This document shows, one piece after another, positions 18,707 through 29,252 of a stretch of DNA of 39,217 nucleotides (positions are counted from its first letter, which is position 1; each line of letters begins with the position of its first letter). The stretch lies in NCBI GenBank assembly GCA_031431055.1, contig JANPCQ010000085.1, positions 1 through 39,217 on the forward strand, in the 5' to 3' direction. Position numbers and translations under genes: made by a program. This DNA is from Nitrosarchaeum sp. (GTDB taxonomy: Archaea; Thermoproteota; Nitrososphaeria; Nitrososphaerales; Nitrosopumilaceae). The notes under the pieces are model-generated. The model did not search any database, was not told the origin of the DNA, and worked only from the letters and a program-made list of their open reading frames with translations.

Positions 18707-20866
18707 CTATTTTATGGATTGAATCATAGGTGATTCTTTTTTCCTAGGCTTTACCTTATCAATGGAGTCAAGTAGGTCTTGCTGTGTTATTTTGATGTCT
18801 TTGATGTTTTCTGATTTTGTGCTAACATGTCTTTTCAAAGCAAGAATTGCGGCTCTGTTTGTTATAGCAGCCATCTCAGCGCCACTAAATCCGTTTGTTA
18901 ATTCAATAATTTTTGTTATGTTGACATCGTTTGCTAGTGGTTTCTTTTTGGAATGAATCCTAAATATTTGTTCCCTGCCTTTAGAATCTGGATTTGGAAC
19001 CTCAATAATTCTATCAAATCTGCCAGGTCTAAGTAATGCCTCATCAACAATATCAAGTCTGTTTGTGGCACCAATTATCAAGACATTATGTAGTTCTTCT
19101 AGTCCATCAATTTCAGTGAGAATTTGAGAGACAACATTTTCAGTAACATGTGAACCTGAATCACCACTACCTCTTCTTGGTACAAGTGCGTCTACCTCAT
19201 CAAGAAATATTATACATGGTGCTGCCTGACGAGCTTTTCTAAAAATTTCTCTTACTCCTTTTTCAGATTCACCTACCCATTTTGAGAGTAACTCTGGACC
19301 TTTAATGCTGATAAAGTTAGAATCAGTCATTGTTGCCAATGCTTTTGCAATCATTGTTTTTCCTGTTCCTGGCGGACCATGAAGTAAGATTCCCTTTGGT
19401 GCTTCTACATCAACATACTCAAAAGCTTCTTTGTGTTTAATTGGCCATTCCACAGCTTCACGTAACTCTTCTTTTAATTCATCAAGACCGCCTACATCAT
19501 TCCAGTCAACATTTGGAATTTGTACTTGGACTTCTCGTAATGCACTTGGTCTTACTTCTTTTAGTGCATCTCTAAAGTCATCACTTGTAATCTTAATTTT
19601 TTGAAGAATTTCTGTAGAAACTTTTTCTTCACTAAGATTAATTTCAGGTAAAATTCTTCGTAAAGATCGCATTGCTGCTTCTTTTGATAACATTTCAAGA
19701 TCTGCCCCTACAAATCCATGTGTTATTTTTGCAATTTGTTTGAGATCTACTTTTTCATCAATTGGCATTCCACGTGTATGAATTGAGAGTATGTCATATC
19801 TTCCCTCATCATCTGGAATTCCAATTTCAATTTCTCGATCAAATCTACCTGGTCTTCTAAGAGCAGGATCAATTGAGTCTGGTCTGTTAGTAGCTGCAAT
19901 CACTACAACTTTACCCCTGCTTTTCATACCATCCATTAATGTCAAAAGTTGTGAAACAATTCTTTTTTCAACTTCTCCGGAAACCTCATCTCGTTTTGGG
20001 GCAATTGAATCAATTTCATCAATGAATACAATGCTTGGTGAATTTTCTTCTGCTTGTTTGAAAATCTCTCTAATTCTTTCCTCACTTTCTCCATAATACT
20101 TTCCCATAATTTCAGGTCCGCTAAGTGAAATAAAGTGAGCACTGGTCTCACCGGCAACTGCTTTTGCCAATAGAGTTTTTCCAGTTCCTGGCGGACCATA
20201 TAATAATACACCTTTTGGTGCTTCTACGCCTATTTTCTCAAATAATTCTGGGTGTCTCATGGGTAATTCTACCATCTCCCGGATTTTTTGAACTTCTTTT
20301 TTCAAACCTCCTAATTCATCATATGTGATTCGTGGAATAGTTGAATCAACTGCTTTTGTCATTGGACCAAGCTTGAAAATTGTACTTTCAGTTACAATTA
20401 CTGGTTTTGATGGTTTTGTATTGGTTACAATAAATTGTATTTTTCCACCCATTTGGGTTGGTAGTTGGATTGAATCATGAACAGTAAAAACATAATTTTG
20501 GAAATTTGTAATCATGACATCATGTAATTGTTCTTCATCAATAGATAATTTTTCAGTTGGAGATAAAGTAATTTGTTCAGCATCAGCAGCTTCTACTGAT
20601 TTTATAGAAATGTTATCGCCAATTCCAGCTCCAATATTTTGTCTAGTCATTCCATCAATTTTAATAATATCTGTACCATATTCTTCAGGAGAACCAGGCC
20701 AAAGTTTTACATGTGTTTTTTTATTGTGTGTTAATTCTAAAATTTGTCCTGATTTCCATTTAGTATCTTCAATTATTTTAGGATCAACTATAGCTCTTCC
20801 TCTTCCAACATGTTGTTGGGGAATTTCAACTACTTTTAAAATAATTTCAGTCATTTTTTTCTCCAT
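18707..20866 (-). CDS. cdc48: CDC48/VCP-family AAA+ ATPase
   Basis: N-domain plus two AAA modules (GPPGTGKT x2, DEID/DEVD, RPGRFDR x2). Confidence 0.97.
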   Translation of the reverse strand: MEKKMTEIILKVVEIPQQHVGRGRAIVDPKIIEDTKWKSGQILELTHNKKTHVKLWPGSPEEYGTDIIKIDGMTRQNIGAGIGDNISIKSVEAADAEQITLSPTEKLSIDEEQLHDVMITNFQNYVFTVHDSIQLPTQMGGKIQFIVTNTKPSKPVIVTESTIFKLGPMTKAVDSTIPRITYDELGGLKKEVQKIREMVELPMRHPELFEKIGVEAPKGVLLYGPPGTGKTLLAKAVAGETSAHFISLSGPEIMGKYYGESEERIREIFKQAEENSPSIVFIDEIDSIAPKRDEVSGEVEKRIVSQLLTLMDGMKSRGKVVVIAATNRPDSIDPALRRPGRFDREIEIGIPDDEGRYDILSIHTRGMPIDEKVDLKQIAKITHGFVGADLEMLSKEAAMRSLRRILPEINLSEEKVSTEILQKIKITSDDFRDALKEVRPSALREVQVQIPNVDWNDVGGLDELKEELREAVEWPIKHKEAFEYVDVEAPKGILLHGPPGTGKTMIAKALATMTDSNFISIKGPELLSKWVGESEKGVREIFRKARQAAPCIIFLDEVDALVPRRGSGDSGSHVTENVVSQILTEIDGLEELHNVLIIGATNRLDIVDEALLRPGRFDRIIEVPNPDSKGREQIFRIHSKKKPLANDVNITKIIELTNGFSGAEMAAITNRAAILALKRHVSTKSENIKDIKITQQDLLDSIDKVKPRKKESPMIQSIK

Positions 20867-20881
20867 AAAAATTAGTGGGGT

Positions 20882-21379
20882 TTATTCAACCTCCACCTTT
20901 TTGCCTTTTGGCTTCTCATCTTCAATTAACTTGAATACTAGTTCAAGAATTCCATTTTTGTAAGAAGCTTTTGCAGAGTTTTCATCAACTTTATGTTTGA
21001 TTGGAACTTTTACATGGTATTTCTTTTCACCATGTTCTGCAGATATATCTACAGATTTGTCTTGTACAAGAATTTTAACGTCTGTTTTTTCGACTCCTGA
21101 CATCTCGGCTACAAGTTTTACCAGTTTTTCTTTTTCATCTACAATTACATCTACATTTGGTTCTCTAGTATCAAATGATGAAAGTAATCCTGGTTTTACA
21201 TTTACGTACTCTTTTACAACAGGTTTTCCGTTAGGACCAACAGTCATAGTATAGCCATAATAAAATGGACCAGAGTTGGAGCCGTTTTCCTTAAATTCTT
21301 CAAATATGTCATCTATATCGAAAAAAGAGCTTGACATTTTCTTAAAGATCCTATCAAATTCATCATCAAATATTGTCAT
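20882..21379 (-). CDS. hsp20: Small heat-shock protein
   Basis: Archaeal Hsp20 YYGYTMTVGP.GKP, alpha-crystallin ASYKNGILE, C-terminal VEVE. Confidence 0.93.
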   Translation of the reverse strand: MTIFDDEFDRIFKKMSSSFFDIDDIFEEFKENGSNSGPFYYGYTMTVGPNGKPVVKEYVNVKPGLLSSFDTREPNVDVIVDEKEKLVKLVAEMSGVEKTDVKILVQDKSVDISAEHGEKKYHVKVPIKHKVDENSAKASYKNGILELVFKLIEDEKPKGKKVEVE

Positions 21380-21392
21380 ATTTATCTGCTAT

Positions 21393-21418
21393 ATGTAATG
21401 TATATTACATTATATAAA
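21393..21418 (-). promoter_or_regulatory. hsp20-cdc48 promoter: TATA box plus palindromic operator candidate
   Basis: TTTATATA (minus strand, 21411-21418) abutting ATGTAAT-N4-ATTACAT (21393-21410). Confidence 0.5.
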
Positions 21419-21484
21419 TATTATGGATAATTGTATAATTTATTACATAATGCTATTATAACTGACATTGTATAGTTATGCTTA

Positions 21485-22153
21485 ATGAGAATTACTAACA
21501 TGTCTATTCCTGAAATAGTCAGGGAAATTGTCACGAGAAATCGTTCAATTTATGATTGTATGAAGATGGATTTAGTTAACTATACGGCACTGGCCGTAAA
21601 GATTCAGCCAGAAATTGAAAAGGTTTTGGGTGGTCCTGTAAATCTCAATACAATTGTAGTTGCCATAAAACGATATGCAGATTCATTTGAAATCAAAGAG
21701 AATATCAAAGAAGAATCTGTTTTGAAAAATGCAAGACTTGTATTAACTGACGGAATGATGGACATTAAATTTTCAAAAAAAGATTCTGCAGAGATGGATC
21801 CTACATTAATTTTAGATAAATTTTCAAAAATTACTAGCAATTATGAATTTTTTAGATTATCGGATTCATTTAGATTCTTTACAGAAGACATGGAAAGCAT
21901 TAGACAAATCTTTGAAAATATACCAAATAGGGAAAATATGTTTAGTACAGGTCTTGCAAAGATTAGAATTTCAATTCCAGCAAACCAAAATCAATCGGAT
22001 GTAGTATCTTATGTTGCAGAGATTTTACATGATAGTGGAATAGAACTTGTAAATGCATTTTTCAGCCAAGACAGTATAATCATAATTCTAAATGAGAGAG
22101 ATGCTTCTAGAGCATATGAAATACTTCATTCTGATATAGTCAGAATTGGATAA
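21485..22153 (+). CDS. ACT-domain-containing protein
   Basis: VNYTALA..AIKRY N-terminal motif; C-terminal ACT-like fold. Confidence 0.8.
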   Translation: MRITNMSIPEIVREIVTRNRSIYDCMKMDLVNYTALAVKIQPEIEKVLGGPVNLNTIVVAIKRYADSFEIKENIKEESVLKNARLVLTDGMMDIKFSKKDSAEMDPTLILDKFSKITSNYEFFRLSDSFRFFTEDMESIRQIFENIPNRENMFSTGLAKIRISIPANQNQSDVVSYVAEILHDSGIELVNAFFSQDSIIIILNERDASRAYEILHSDIVRIG

Positions 22154-22229
22154 ATTCTGAAATTATTTATGATTTGTTGAGAAAGTTGATCTCATAGGAT
22201 ATATTCAGTAATTTTAGAGTATGATGTAA

Positions 22230-23588
22230 TTGGCAAGAAATAAGAAAAAAATAGTCATTTTAGGAGGAGGGTTTGCAGGAGTAAAATGTGCCAGACAATT
22301 AGAGTCGTATTTTGGAAATAATTCTGAAATTGAGTTGGTAATGATAAGTGAAGATAATTTTCTGTTATTTACTCCAATGTTACCTCAGGTAGCATCAGGT
22401 ATGATTGAAACAAGGCATATTGTAATGCCTATTAGAGCAATTTGTAAAAAGACAAAATTTTATGAGGGTAGAATAAAAAATGTGGATCCTTTTGGAAAAC
22501 TTGTAACATTATGGGGTACTAGTGAAAAAAGAGGTTTTTCAGTTCATTATGATTATTTGGTAGTTGCATTAGGTAGTGAAACCAACTTTTTTGGAATGGC
22601 AGATGTCGAAAAAAATGCTTACACAATGAAGACCCTCAATGATGCAGTAATGCTAAGAAATAGAGTAATAGATGTGCTTGAACAAGCTGAAAATGAAACA
22701 GACCCTATTCTTCGAAATAGTTTTTTGACATTTGTTGTAGTGGGAGGAGGGTTTGCAGGAATTGAAACTGCAGGAGAGTTGATGGATTTTCTACTAGATG
22801 CAAGAAAACATTATCCGACAATTCACAAAGGCGATATTCATGTAATAGTTTTAGAAGCTCTTCCGATGATTCTTCCTGGCTTTAATGAAAAGTTAGCTGA
22901 ATTTTCAAAACAAAAGATGATAGAGCGAGGTATTGATATCAGACTAAGAACTGCAGTTACAAGTTTTGATGGAACAGAAGTCACTATAAAATCATTAGAT
23001 GAGAATCCAAAAGATCCTATGGATGGATCAAAGATAGATGTTATCAGAACTAAAACATTGATTTGGACTGCAGGTGTAACACCTGTTAATACAATTAAAA
23101 GATCAATGTTCAAAACTGATAAAGGCAAAGTTATTGTAAATGATTTTCTTGAAGTTCCAGAATTTCCTGGAGTTTTTACAATTGGTGATTGTGCATTGTT
23201 TATGGATCCTAAAACAAATAGACCATTTGCACCTACTGCACAACTTGCGGAAGCACAAGCTAAAATTGCAGCCCATAATCTTCATGCCTTAATTAAAAAT
23301 TTAGAGAAGAAAAAATTTGAATATCATTCCAAGGGACAAATGGCAATTATTGGAAAAAGAACTGGTATCGCAACATTTTTGGGAATAAATATTTCTGGAT
23401 TCTTAGCTTGGCTTATTTGGAGAAATGTCTACCTTTCAAAAATTACATTACCTGATAAAAAAATAAGAGTTTTCTTAGATTGGGCAATTGATTTGTTATT
23501 TGATAGAGATATTTCAAGACTGAAACTCATGAAACGTGAGACAGAAAAAGAATACAAAGTTCTTGATGAAGTTGACGATGTTTGGTAG
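22230..23588 (+). CDS. ndh: Type II NADH dehydrogenase-like FAD-dependent oxidoreductase
   Basis: Two GGGFAG motifs, FTPML, YDYLVVALG, WTAG, IGD, AQLAEAQ. Confidence 0.88.
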   Translation: MARNKKKIVILGGGFAGVKCARQLESYFGNNSEIELVMISEDNFLLFTPMLPQVASGMIETRHIVMPIRAICKKTKFYEGRIKNVDPFGKLVTLWGTSEKRGFSVHYDYLVVALGSETNFFGMADVEKNAYTMKTLNDAVMLRNRVIDVLEQAENETDPILRNSFLTFVVVGGGFAGIETAGELMDFLLDARKHYPTIHKGDIHVIVLEALPMILPGFNEKLAEFSKQKMIERGIDIRLRTAVTSFDGTEVTIKSLDENPKDPMDGSKIDVIRTKTLIWTAGVTPVNTIKRSMFKTDKGKVIVNDFLEVPEFPGVFTIGDCALFMDPKTNRPFAPTAQLAEAQAKIAAHNLHALIKNLEKKKFEYHSKGQMAIIGKRTGIATFLGINISGFLAWLIWRNVYLSKITLPDKKIRVFLDWAIDLLFDRDISRLKLMKRETEKEYKVLDEVDDVW

Positions 23589-23655
23589 TATTTTTAACTC
23601 TGAGTTATCATAGTTGCTGTAACTTAATATTAAATTTTAGAGTGAATTATTTTTG

Positions 23656-24918
23656 CTAATGTATTTGAGTATCATTATTTTTAGTTGTTGATGGTTTCAT
23701 TCTTTTCATAATTATCACTCCAACTACAATTCCAATTACTGCAATAATTCCAAGTATAATGAAAATTACTTGAGTTTGGGTTATAGATTCTGTTTCTTTA
23801 ATTGGTTCAGATATTATTTTAAAAGAATTAACAGAATCTTCAAATCTAGAAATTTGATCATTAAAGTTGTCTACTCCATTACTGTAGGCAAAAGTATAAA
23901 ATTTTTCACTAGTTGAAATGATCACCTCTCTAAATTGTACATTGTATGATTCTCCATTACTTTGGAAAAAGCCTCTAGCATTAGTAACATATGCTTGTTT
24001 TCCATTAATTGTTGATTTTTCTTGGGAAATAATTTCTAAATTTCCTGATACAAGTGCATTCTTTAGAAATTCAGTTTTTTCTTGGATTAAGTCATCTAGA
24101 CTTTTTCCCTTGGCATTAGTAATGGTCAGAGAAATTACTGGGTTAATGGGCCCAACTTTAGGTCCTACAGCAACTACATCAGGCGAGTTTTCATCAGTTT
24201 TTTCTGGTTGTTGTAATAACCAGCCTTCTGGTGCATTAAATACAATATCTAGTGCTTTATTTTCATAAAGCTGACTACCTGAAGAATTTGTAATTGGCAT
24301 AGTAATTCTTTCAGGATCTGATAGCTCAAGTAAATCAGATACATCAGGACGGATTACAATTTCAGCTTTTGTAATTTTTACTTGTTCAGTATTTACCGGA
24401 ATGTCTTTGTCTCCTGTTTCCACTGAAGCAATCTTGTCAAGTGTTTCAAAACTTTCTTCTGTTACAATCCTACCAAAGGCAGTATACTGTTCATCAAGAA
24501 AGTTTGAATCTTTATGAACTATAAAAAATTGAGAGCCAGCACTGTTTGGATCAGCTGATCTTGCCATTGAGACAATTCCACGATTATGCTTTATTGTATT
24601 AAATTCAGCATTTACAGAATAGCCAGGTCCTCCACTTCCCCAAGTGCTCTGATCTCCATCTTTTGTATTTGGATCCCCTCCCTGAATCATAAATCCAGGA
24701 ATTATTCTATGAAATATTGTACCATCGTAGAATCCGTTTTCAGATAATTTAATAAAATTAACAGCATGGTTTGGAGCATCATTTGGAAACAACTCTATCA
24801 CAATTTTTCCAAGATTAGTATGTAAAATTACTAATACATCATTAGATTGTGCAAATGACTGATTTCCTAAATTAATTAAAAGTAATGATAGAAAGATTAT
24901 GATAAGAATTTTTTTCAA
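23656..24918 (-). CDS. Surface cyclophilin-type peptidyl-prolyl isomerase with a second (PsbP-like) domain and C-terminal TM anchor
   Basis: Signal peptide; FHRIIPGFMIQGGD, SMAR, AGSQFFI; C-terminal hydrophobic helix with basic tail. Confidence 0.9.
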   Translation of the reverse strand: MKKILIIIFLSLLLINLGNQSFAQSNDVLVILHTNLGKIVIELFPNDAPNHAVNFIKLSENGFYDGTIFHRIIPGFMIQGGDPNTKDGDQSTWGSGGPGYSVNAEFNTIKHNRGIVSMARSADPNSAGSQFFIVHKDSNFLDEQYTAFGRIVTEESFETLDKIASVETGDKDIPVNTEQVKITKAEIVIRPDVSDLLELSDPERITMPITNSSGSQLYENKALDIVFNAPEGWLLQQPEKTDENSPDVVAVGPKVGPINPVISLTITNAKGKSLDDLIQEKTEFLKNALVSGNLEIISQEKSTINGKQAYVTNARGFFQSNGESYNVQFREVIISTSEKFYTFAYSNGVDNFNDQISRFEDSVNSFKIISEPIKETESITQTQVIFIILGIIAVIGIVVGVIIMKRMKPSTTKNNDTQIH

Positions 24919-24990
24919 TAAATTTCCTCACAGTATCCTACTTAAAAGCTAATTGCATTAGTTTTTAACAAGTTAAAATAATAAACCAAT

Positions 24991-25482
24991 ATGCAACCTG
25001 ATGAAAAAATTCAAGCACATTTGGTTTCAGTATGGAGAGAGTCGAAAAAATTCTTTTCAGTTGGAGGAAAAGAAGGTATGTTAATTTTAACTGATAAACA
25101 TTTGATGTTTATCCACAAGACAGAGGCTAAAATAAAGTGGTGGCAAGCTATTAGGCAAAGACAGGTTATCAATTTCTTAAAATCAAAAAATACCATGATT
25201 CGTCATGATGGTTATGAAGAAAGTAATCTAATAGAAGATATGGCAAATGGAAAAAATACACAATTATCATTTGATGATATTTTGAATATTACACATGAGG
25301 AAAAGGAGTGGGGTAGTATCTTACTACTAGAATATGAAAAAGATGGTAAACTACAAAAATATCAGTATGCAATTGCCCAGGATTGGGTAAAATATCCAAT
25401 TAAAGAGCCTACAAAGTACATGAAAGTGGATTGGGAACCTTTTGTGCAATATATTAAAGACAGGCAAAAATTTACAAAGTAA
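24991..25482 (+). CDS. Hypothetical protein (possible PH-like fold)
   Basis: 163 aa; GMLILTDKHLMF motif resembles PH/GRAM-like strands. Confidence 0.7.
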   Translation: MQPDEKIQAHLVSVWRESKKFFSVGGKEGMLILTDKHLMFIHKTEAKIKWWQAIRQRQVINFLKSKNTMIRHDGYEESNLIEDMANGKNTQLSFDDILNITHEEKEWGSILLLEYEKDGKLQKYQYAIAQDWVKYPIKEPTKYMKVDWEPFVQYIKDRQKFTK

Positions 25483-25484
25483 AA

Positions 25485-26201
25485 TTGGGAAAAATTTATG
25501 CTGTCGGTGTAGGGCCAGGTTCGCCAAAATATGTTACTGAAATTGTAAGAGAAATAATACAGAACTGTAGTGTAGTAATTGGTTACAAATACACGTTAAA
25601 AACAATTGAAGGTTTGCTTGTAGGTAAGGAAATCTATGAGATTACTATGAACAATCAAGAGGAATCATATCAAAAAATTCTTGCAGAATTGGGTGATCGT
25701 TCTCTAGTTATTCCATTTACAGGTGATGTTAATTTTTCAGAATCTGAAGTTGTAGATAGATTAATTGAAATTTTTGGTGAAATAGAAATAATTCCAGGAA
25801 TAAGTTCAATCCAAGTTGCTGCATCAAAAGCAAGAGTGGCACTTGATAAATCCAAAGTAATTACAATGCATGTAACAACTCCAATTGAAGAAAAGAAACT
25901 AGAATTGCAAAAAGCATTAATTGATGGATATAATGTAATTTTAGTTCCAAGACCATGGCCTAAACAACCTGACAAGCATTTTATGCCATCTGAAATTGCA
26001 ACATATCTAAAAAATAATGGTTTTAACACAGAAAGTATGAAGGTTCATGTTTTTGAAGCATTAACCACTGAAAATGAAACTAGTTTTGTTGGAACTGTAA
26101 AAGATTTGGAAGGGAGAGAATTTTCTGATTTATCTGTAATGGTTTTCAATCAATCTGTTTTGGATTCATATATGAATTACAAATGGCAGTGGAAAAACTA
26201 G
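25485..26201 (+). CDS. cbiE: Cobalt-precorrin-7 C5-methyltransferase (tetrapyrrole methylase)
   Basis: VGVGPG, TGD, PGISSIQVAA, E.LT..NE, FSDLSV. Confidence 0.82.
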   Translation: MGKIYAVGVGPGSPKYVTEIVREIIQNCSVVIGYKYTLKTIEGLLVGKEIYEITMNNQEESYQKILAELGDRSLVIPFTGDVNFSESEVVDRLIEIFGEIEIIPGISSIQVAASKARVALDKSKVITMHVTTPIEEKKLELQKALIDGYNVILVPRPWPKQPDKHFMPSEIATYLKNNGFNTESMKVHVFEALTTENETSFVGTVKDLEGREFSDLSVMVFNQSVLDSYMNYKWQWKN

Positions 26202-27103
26202 TTACCTAGGTTTTTTCCTTGCCCAAGAATCAAATTATCTTCAATATTTGGAAATACATATGCCACAATTTTCATCCATTGGTAATCTGGATCATACAAT
26301 CTGTAAAATCCAGCATTATCTAATGTAATGTTAGTTGATTGTCCTGGTAATATTTTATCAGTTGAAATTCTACCATCAACAGTAAATTGATTATAACGAT
26401 CATTGTTGTTTTCTGTTCCACTGAGAATGATATGTGACACCACGTCGTCATTTACAATAGTAATTGTTGTTCCTGGCTCAATTGAAATTCTATCTTGTGA
26501 AAAATATCTAAGGTTTAATGAACTAGTTGATTCTGATGCTGCTCCAACATCAATGTATGTACCTACACCTTGAGTTGATGAACCTTTAAGAATATGGATT
26601 GTAAGTTTTTCATCTGTTTTAGATTCTGTTGTAGTCTTAATTTTTGAGAGTTCGGATAGTTTTACTGTGTATATTATTTTGTAATCATTATCATCAATTG
26701 TTATTCTTCCTGTAAATCCATAAACTGAAGCAGTTTTACTTTCTTCAACTAGTCTTCCAAAAAATCTAATGGATGCTGTATCGCCAGTATCACTCTCAAC
26801 AACTCCATTAACTCTAATGTAGTTGCCTTCACGTAATATTGTTGTCTCTAATCCAGTAGCTTGAAAATCTTTATCATCTAAAGTAATGAATCCATCTTCA
26901 ATTGAAGATTTAACACTGCTTCCAGTTTGTTTTTGTGTAGATAATACTAGATCAATTTCAGAAATTTTTATCGTATCTTCTGTTACTGCGTATCCAGATC
27001 CTTCCAAAGTAAAAGCGCTGTTTGGAGAAATTGTTGCAAAAGCATCACTAAAAACAAATCCTGAAAAAACAAGTAACGTTAAGAGTACTGTAATAGTATT
27101 CAT
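26198..27103 (-). CDS. Secreted protein with C-terminal cupredoxin-like domain (atypical ligands)
   Basis: Signal peptide; I.PGTTITIVNDD..SH, ILPGQS, GFYRLYDPDYQWM. Confidence 0.8.
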   Translation of the reverse strand: MNTITVLLTLLVFSGFVFSDAFATISPNSAFTLEGSGYAVTEDTIKISEIDLVLSTQKQTGSSVKSSIEDGFITLDDKDFQATGLETTILREGNYIRVNGVVESDTGDTASIRFFGRLVEESKTASVYGFTGRITIDDNDYKIIYTVKLSELSKIKTTTESKTDEKLTIHILKGSSTQGVGTYIDVGAASESTSSLNLRYFSQDRISIEPGTTITIVNDDVVSHIILSGTENNNDRYNQFTVDGRISTDKILPGQSTNITLDNAGFYRLYDPDYQWMKIVAYVFPNIEDNLILGQGKNLGN

Positions 27104-27188
27104 ACTAGATTTGCTCTTTGATTTGGTTTATAATTTACTACTAAATTATTTTAGACTGATTAGGCAAATCCATGAGGTTTTCTTGGAA

Positions 27189-27746
27189 TTAAAAAATAGG
27201 TAGACCAATACTGTCTTCTTGAACTAGTTTTATCATATAATCTTCTAAATATCCTCCTGCCAAAAGGAGTCCTATTACTATTCCAATTTCTATAACCGTT
27301 GGTTTGAGAAATGGAATTAGGTTAGTTTTTTTAGATATTGCTCTGATCAACATGAAACTTCTAGATGTTGCTATAGAGTATGCAGTAAGTTCCATAATTC
27401 CAAATGGGGATAAAAAGAGAATTGCAAGTGGTGGAACTTTTGCCAATTCTGGTGTAATTGAAACTATTGCTGAAAAAGCAAACCCAGTTGACCAAGCTGC
27501 AAATAATCCCCATGCGACTCCAAATCCTGGAATAAACATTGGTAATGATATAGATGAGTTATGAAGGAAAATTCCTATTGCATCAATGTCTGTAACTAAT
27601 TTTTCAAATTCAGACATGAATGTATTTGCTTCTTCTTCACTAACTTGAGACATTGATCCGATTTGATAAGTTGCTGCAAATAATCCCATAAATATGAAAA
27701 ATGTAATTATCCTAATCTTGAACATGTTATCATTCACTAGAAACAA
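27189..27746 (-). CDS. SpoIIM / DUF95-family membrane protein
   Basis: IFLHN, PFGIMEL.A, LL.AG.LE; multiple TM helices. Confidence 0.8.
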   Translation of the reverse strand: MFLVNDNMFKIRIITFFIFMGLFAATYQIGSMSQVSEEEANTFMSEFEKLVTDIDAIGIFLHNSSISLPMFIPGFGVAWGLFAAWSTGFAFSAIVSITPELAKVPPLAILFLSPFGIMELTAYSIATSRSFMLIRAISKKTNLIPFLKPTVIEIGIVIGLLLAGGYLEDYMIKLVQEDSIGLPIF

Positions 27747-27797
27747 TATTTGAGGGTTGGGTATGGATACAGATTTAATTAAACCAAAAAATATTCT

Positions 27798-29252
27798 TTG
27801 ATGATGAAGAAGGAGCTAACTGTTGCTTTGAATTATGCTTTAAACAAAGGGTTCCAAATTCATCCTGACGCATTCAAGTTTTTAGAGAATGTGGATGTAA
27901 AAAGCCTAGAAAAAATAATTAAAGAAATTGTTCGTGAGAAAACAAAACAAAAATTGTTTCAAATCAATCAAAATGATTTAGAGGTTTATTTAGGAATTAA
28001 AGAGGATCAGACATTACAAAATGAGCATAAGATAATCTTTGACCCGACTTTGAAAATTACTACTGGTGAGGGGGTAAAAGGGTATAATGCTCTTTTTTCA
28101 AGTCGTTTTAACAAATTAAAACGAATAATTTCAGATAGACCAGAATCAAGAATGTTAAAGTCAATTGCTTCTGTCAAGACTATAAAATCAGATGATGACA
28201 TGTATGTTTGTGGTTTGGTAACCACCAGAAATACTGAGAGAAATATCACAAAATTAGTCTTAGAAGATCCTTCAGGTTCATTTGAAGGGATTGTTTTTGA
28301 TGCTGAATTACAAAAAACAGCAGGCTCACTACTTAATGATCAATTTATCATGGCACGAATAGGTTTTGGCAAAAATGCAGGCTTTATCATTAAAGATTTG
28401 ATTTCTCCTGATATTCCTGATCAAGCCTCAAACAGGTCTGAAACTGAAACATATGCAACTTTTCTTTCAGACCTCCACATTGGTAGTAAATACTTCATGG
28501 AGGAGGAATTTACCGAATTTGTATCATGGTTATCTAGTCCGGATCCAATAGCAAGGAAAATTCGTTTTGTGTTAATTTGTGGGGATTTAGTAGATGGTGT
28601 TGGAATCTATCCAAATCAAGACAAAGAATTAGTATGTCAAACCATCGAAGAACAATTAAAAAAAGTCGAAGAACTCCTCAGTAAAATTCCTAATTACATC
28701 AAAATATTCATTATGCCAGGAAACCATGATCCTGGACGTAGAGCATTACCACAACCAGCAATTCCAAAAAAATACAATTCTGGATTATGGGAAAAAGAGA
28801 ATGTGTTTATGGTTGGAAATCCAGCTGTTGTTTCTTTGAATGGGGTAAAGGTAATGATGTTTCATGGTCAAAGTATTGATGATATTGTAAAAACTACACC
28901 AGGTCTAAGTTATGACAAGCCTACAAATGTAATGAAACACCTTCTTAGAGCAAGACACCTTAGTCCAATTTATGGTAGTCAAACCCCAATTGCGCCTGAA
29001 ATGGAAGATTTGATGGTAATTGATGAGATTCCAGATATTTTCCATGTAGGTCATGTTCACAGAGCAGAACTGGATATGTACAAAGGAATTCTTTTGTTAA
29101 ATTCTGGTTCTTGGCAAAAACAGACTCCATTTCAAGCTAGTGTTGGAATGACTCCTAATCCAGGAATAGCACTTATGGTAAATTTGAAGACTTTCAAAGT
29201 TTATCATGAAAATTATAATTCTAATAAATTAAATAATATCCTGCAAAGTTAG
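27798..29252 (+). CDS. polD1: DNA polymerase D small (proofreading) subunit DP1
   Basis: OB fold, SDLHIGS, GDLVDG, PGNHD, FHG, GHVH calcineurin-like phosphoesterase motifs. Confidence 0.96.
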   Translation: MMMKKELTVALNYALNKGFQIHPDAFKFLENVDVKSLEKIIKEIVREKTKQKLFQINQNDLEVYLGIKEDQTLQNEHKIIFDPTLKITTGEGVKGYNALFSSRFNKLKRIISDRPESRMLKSIASVKTIKSDDDMYVCGLVTTRNTERNITKLVLEDPSGSFEGIVFDAELQKTAGSLLNDQFIMARIGFGKNAGFIIKDLISPDIPDQASNRSETETYATFLSDLHIGSKYFMEEEFTEFVSWLSSPDPIARKIRFVLICGDLVDGVGIYPNQDKELVCQTIEEQLKKVEELLSKIPNYIKIFIMPGNHDPGRRALPQPAIPKKYNSGLWEKENVFMVGNPAVVSLNGVKVMMFHGQSIDDIVKTTPGLSYDKPTNVMKHLLRARHLSPIYGSQTPIAPEMEDLMVIDEIPDIFHVGHVHRAELDMYKGILLLNSGSWQKQTPFQASVGMTPNPGIALMVNLKTFKVYHENYNSNKLNNILQS

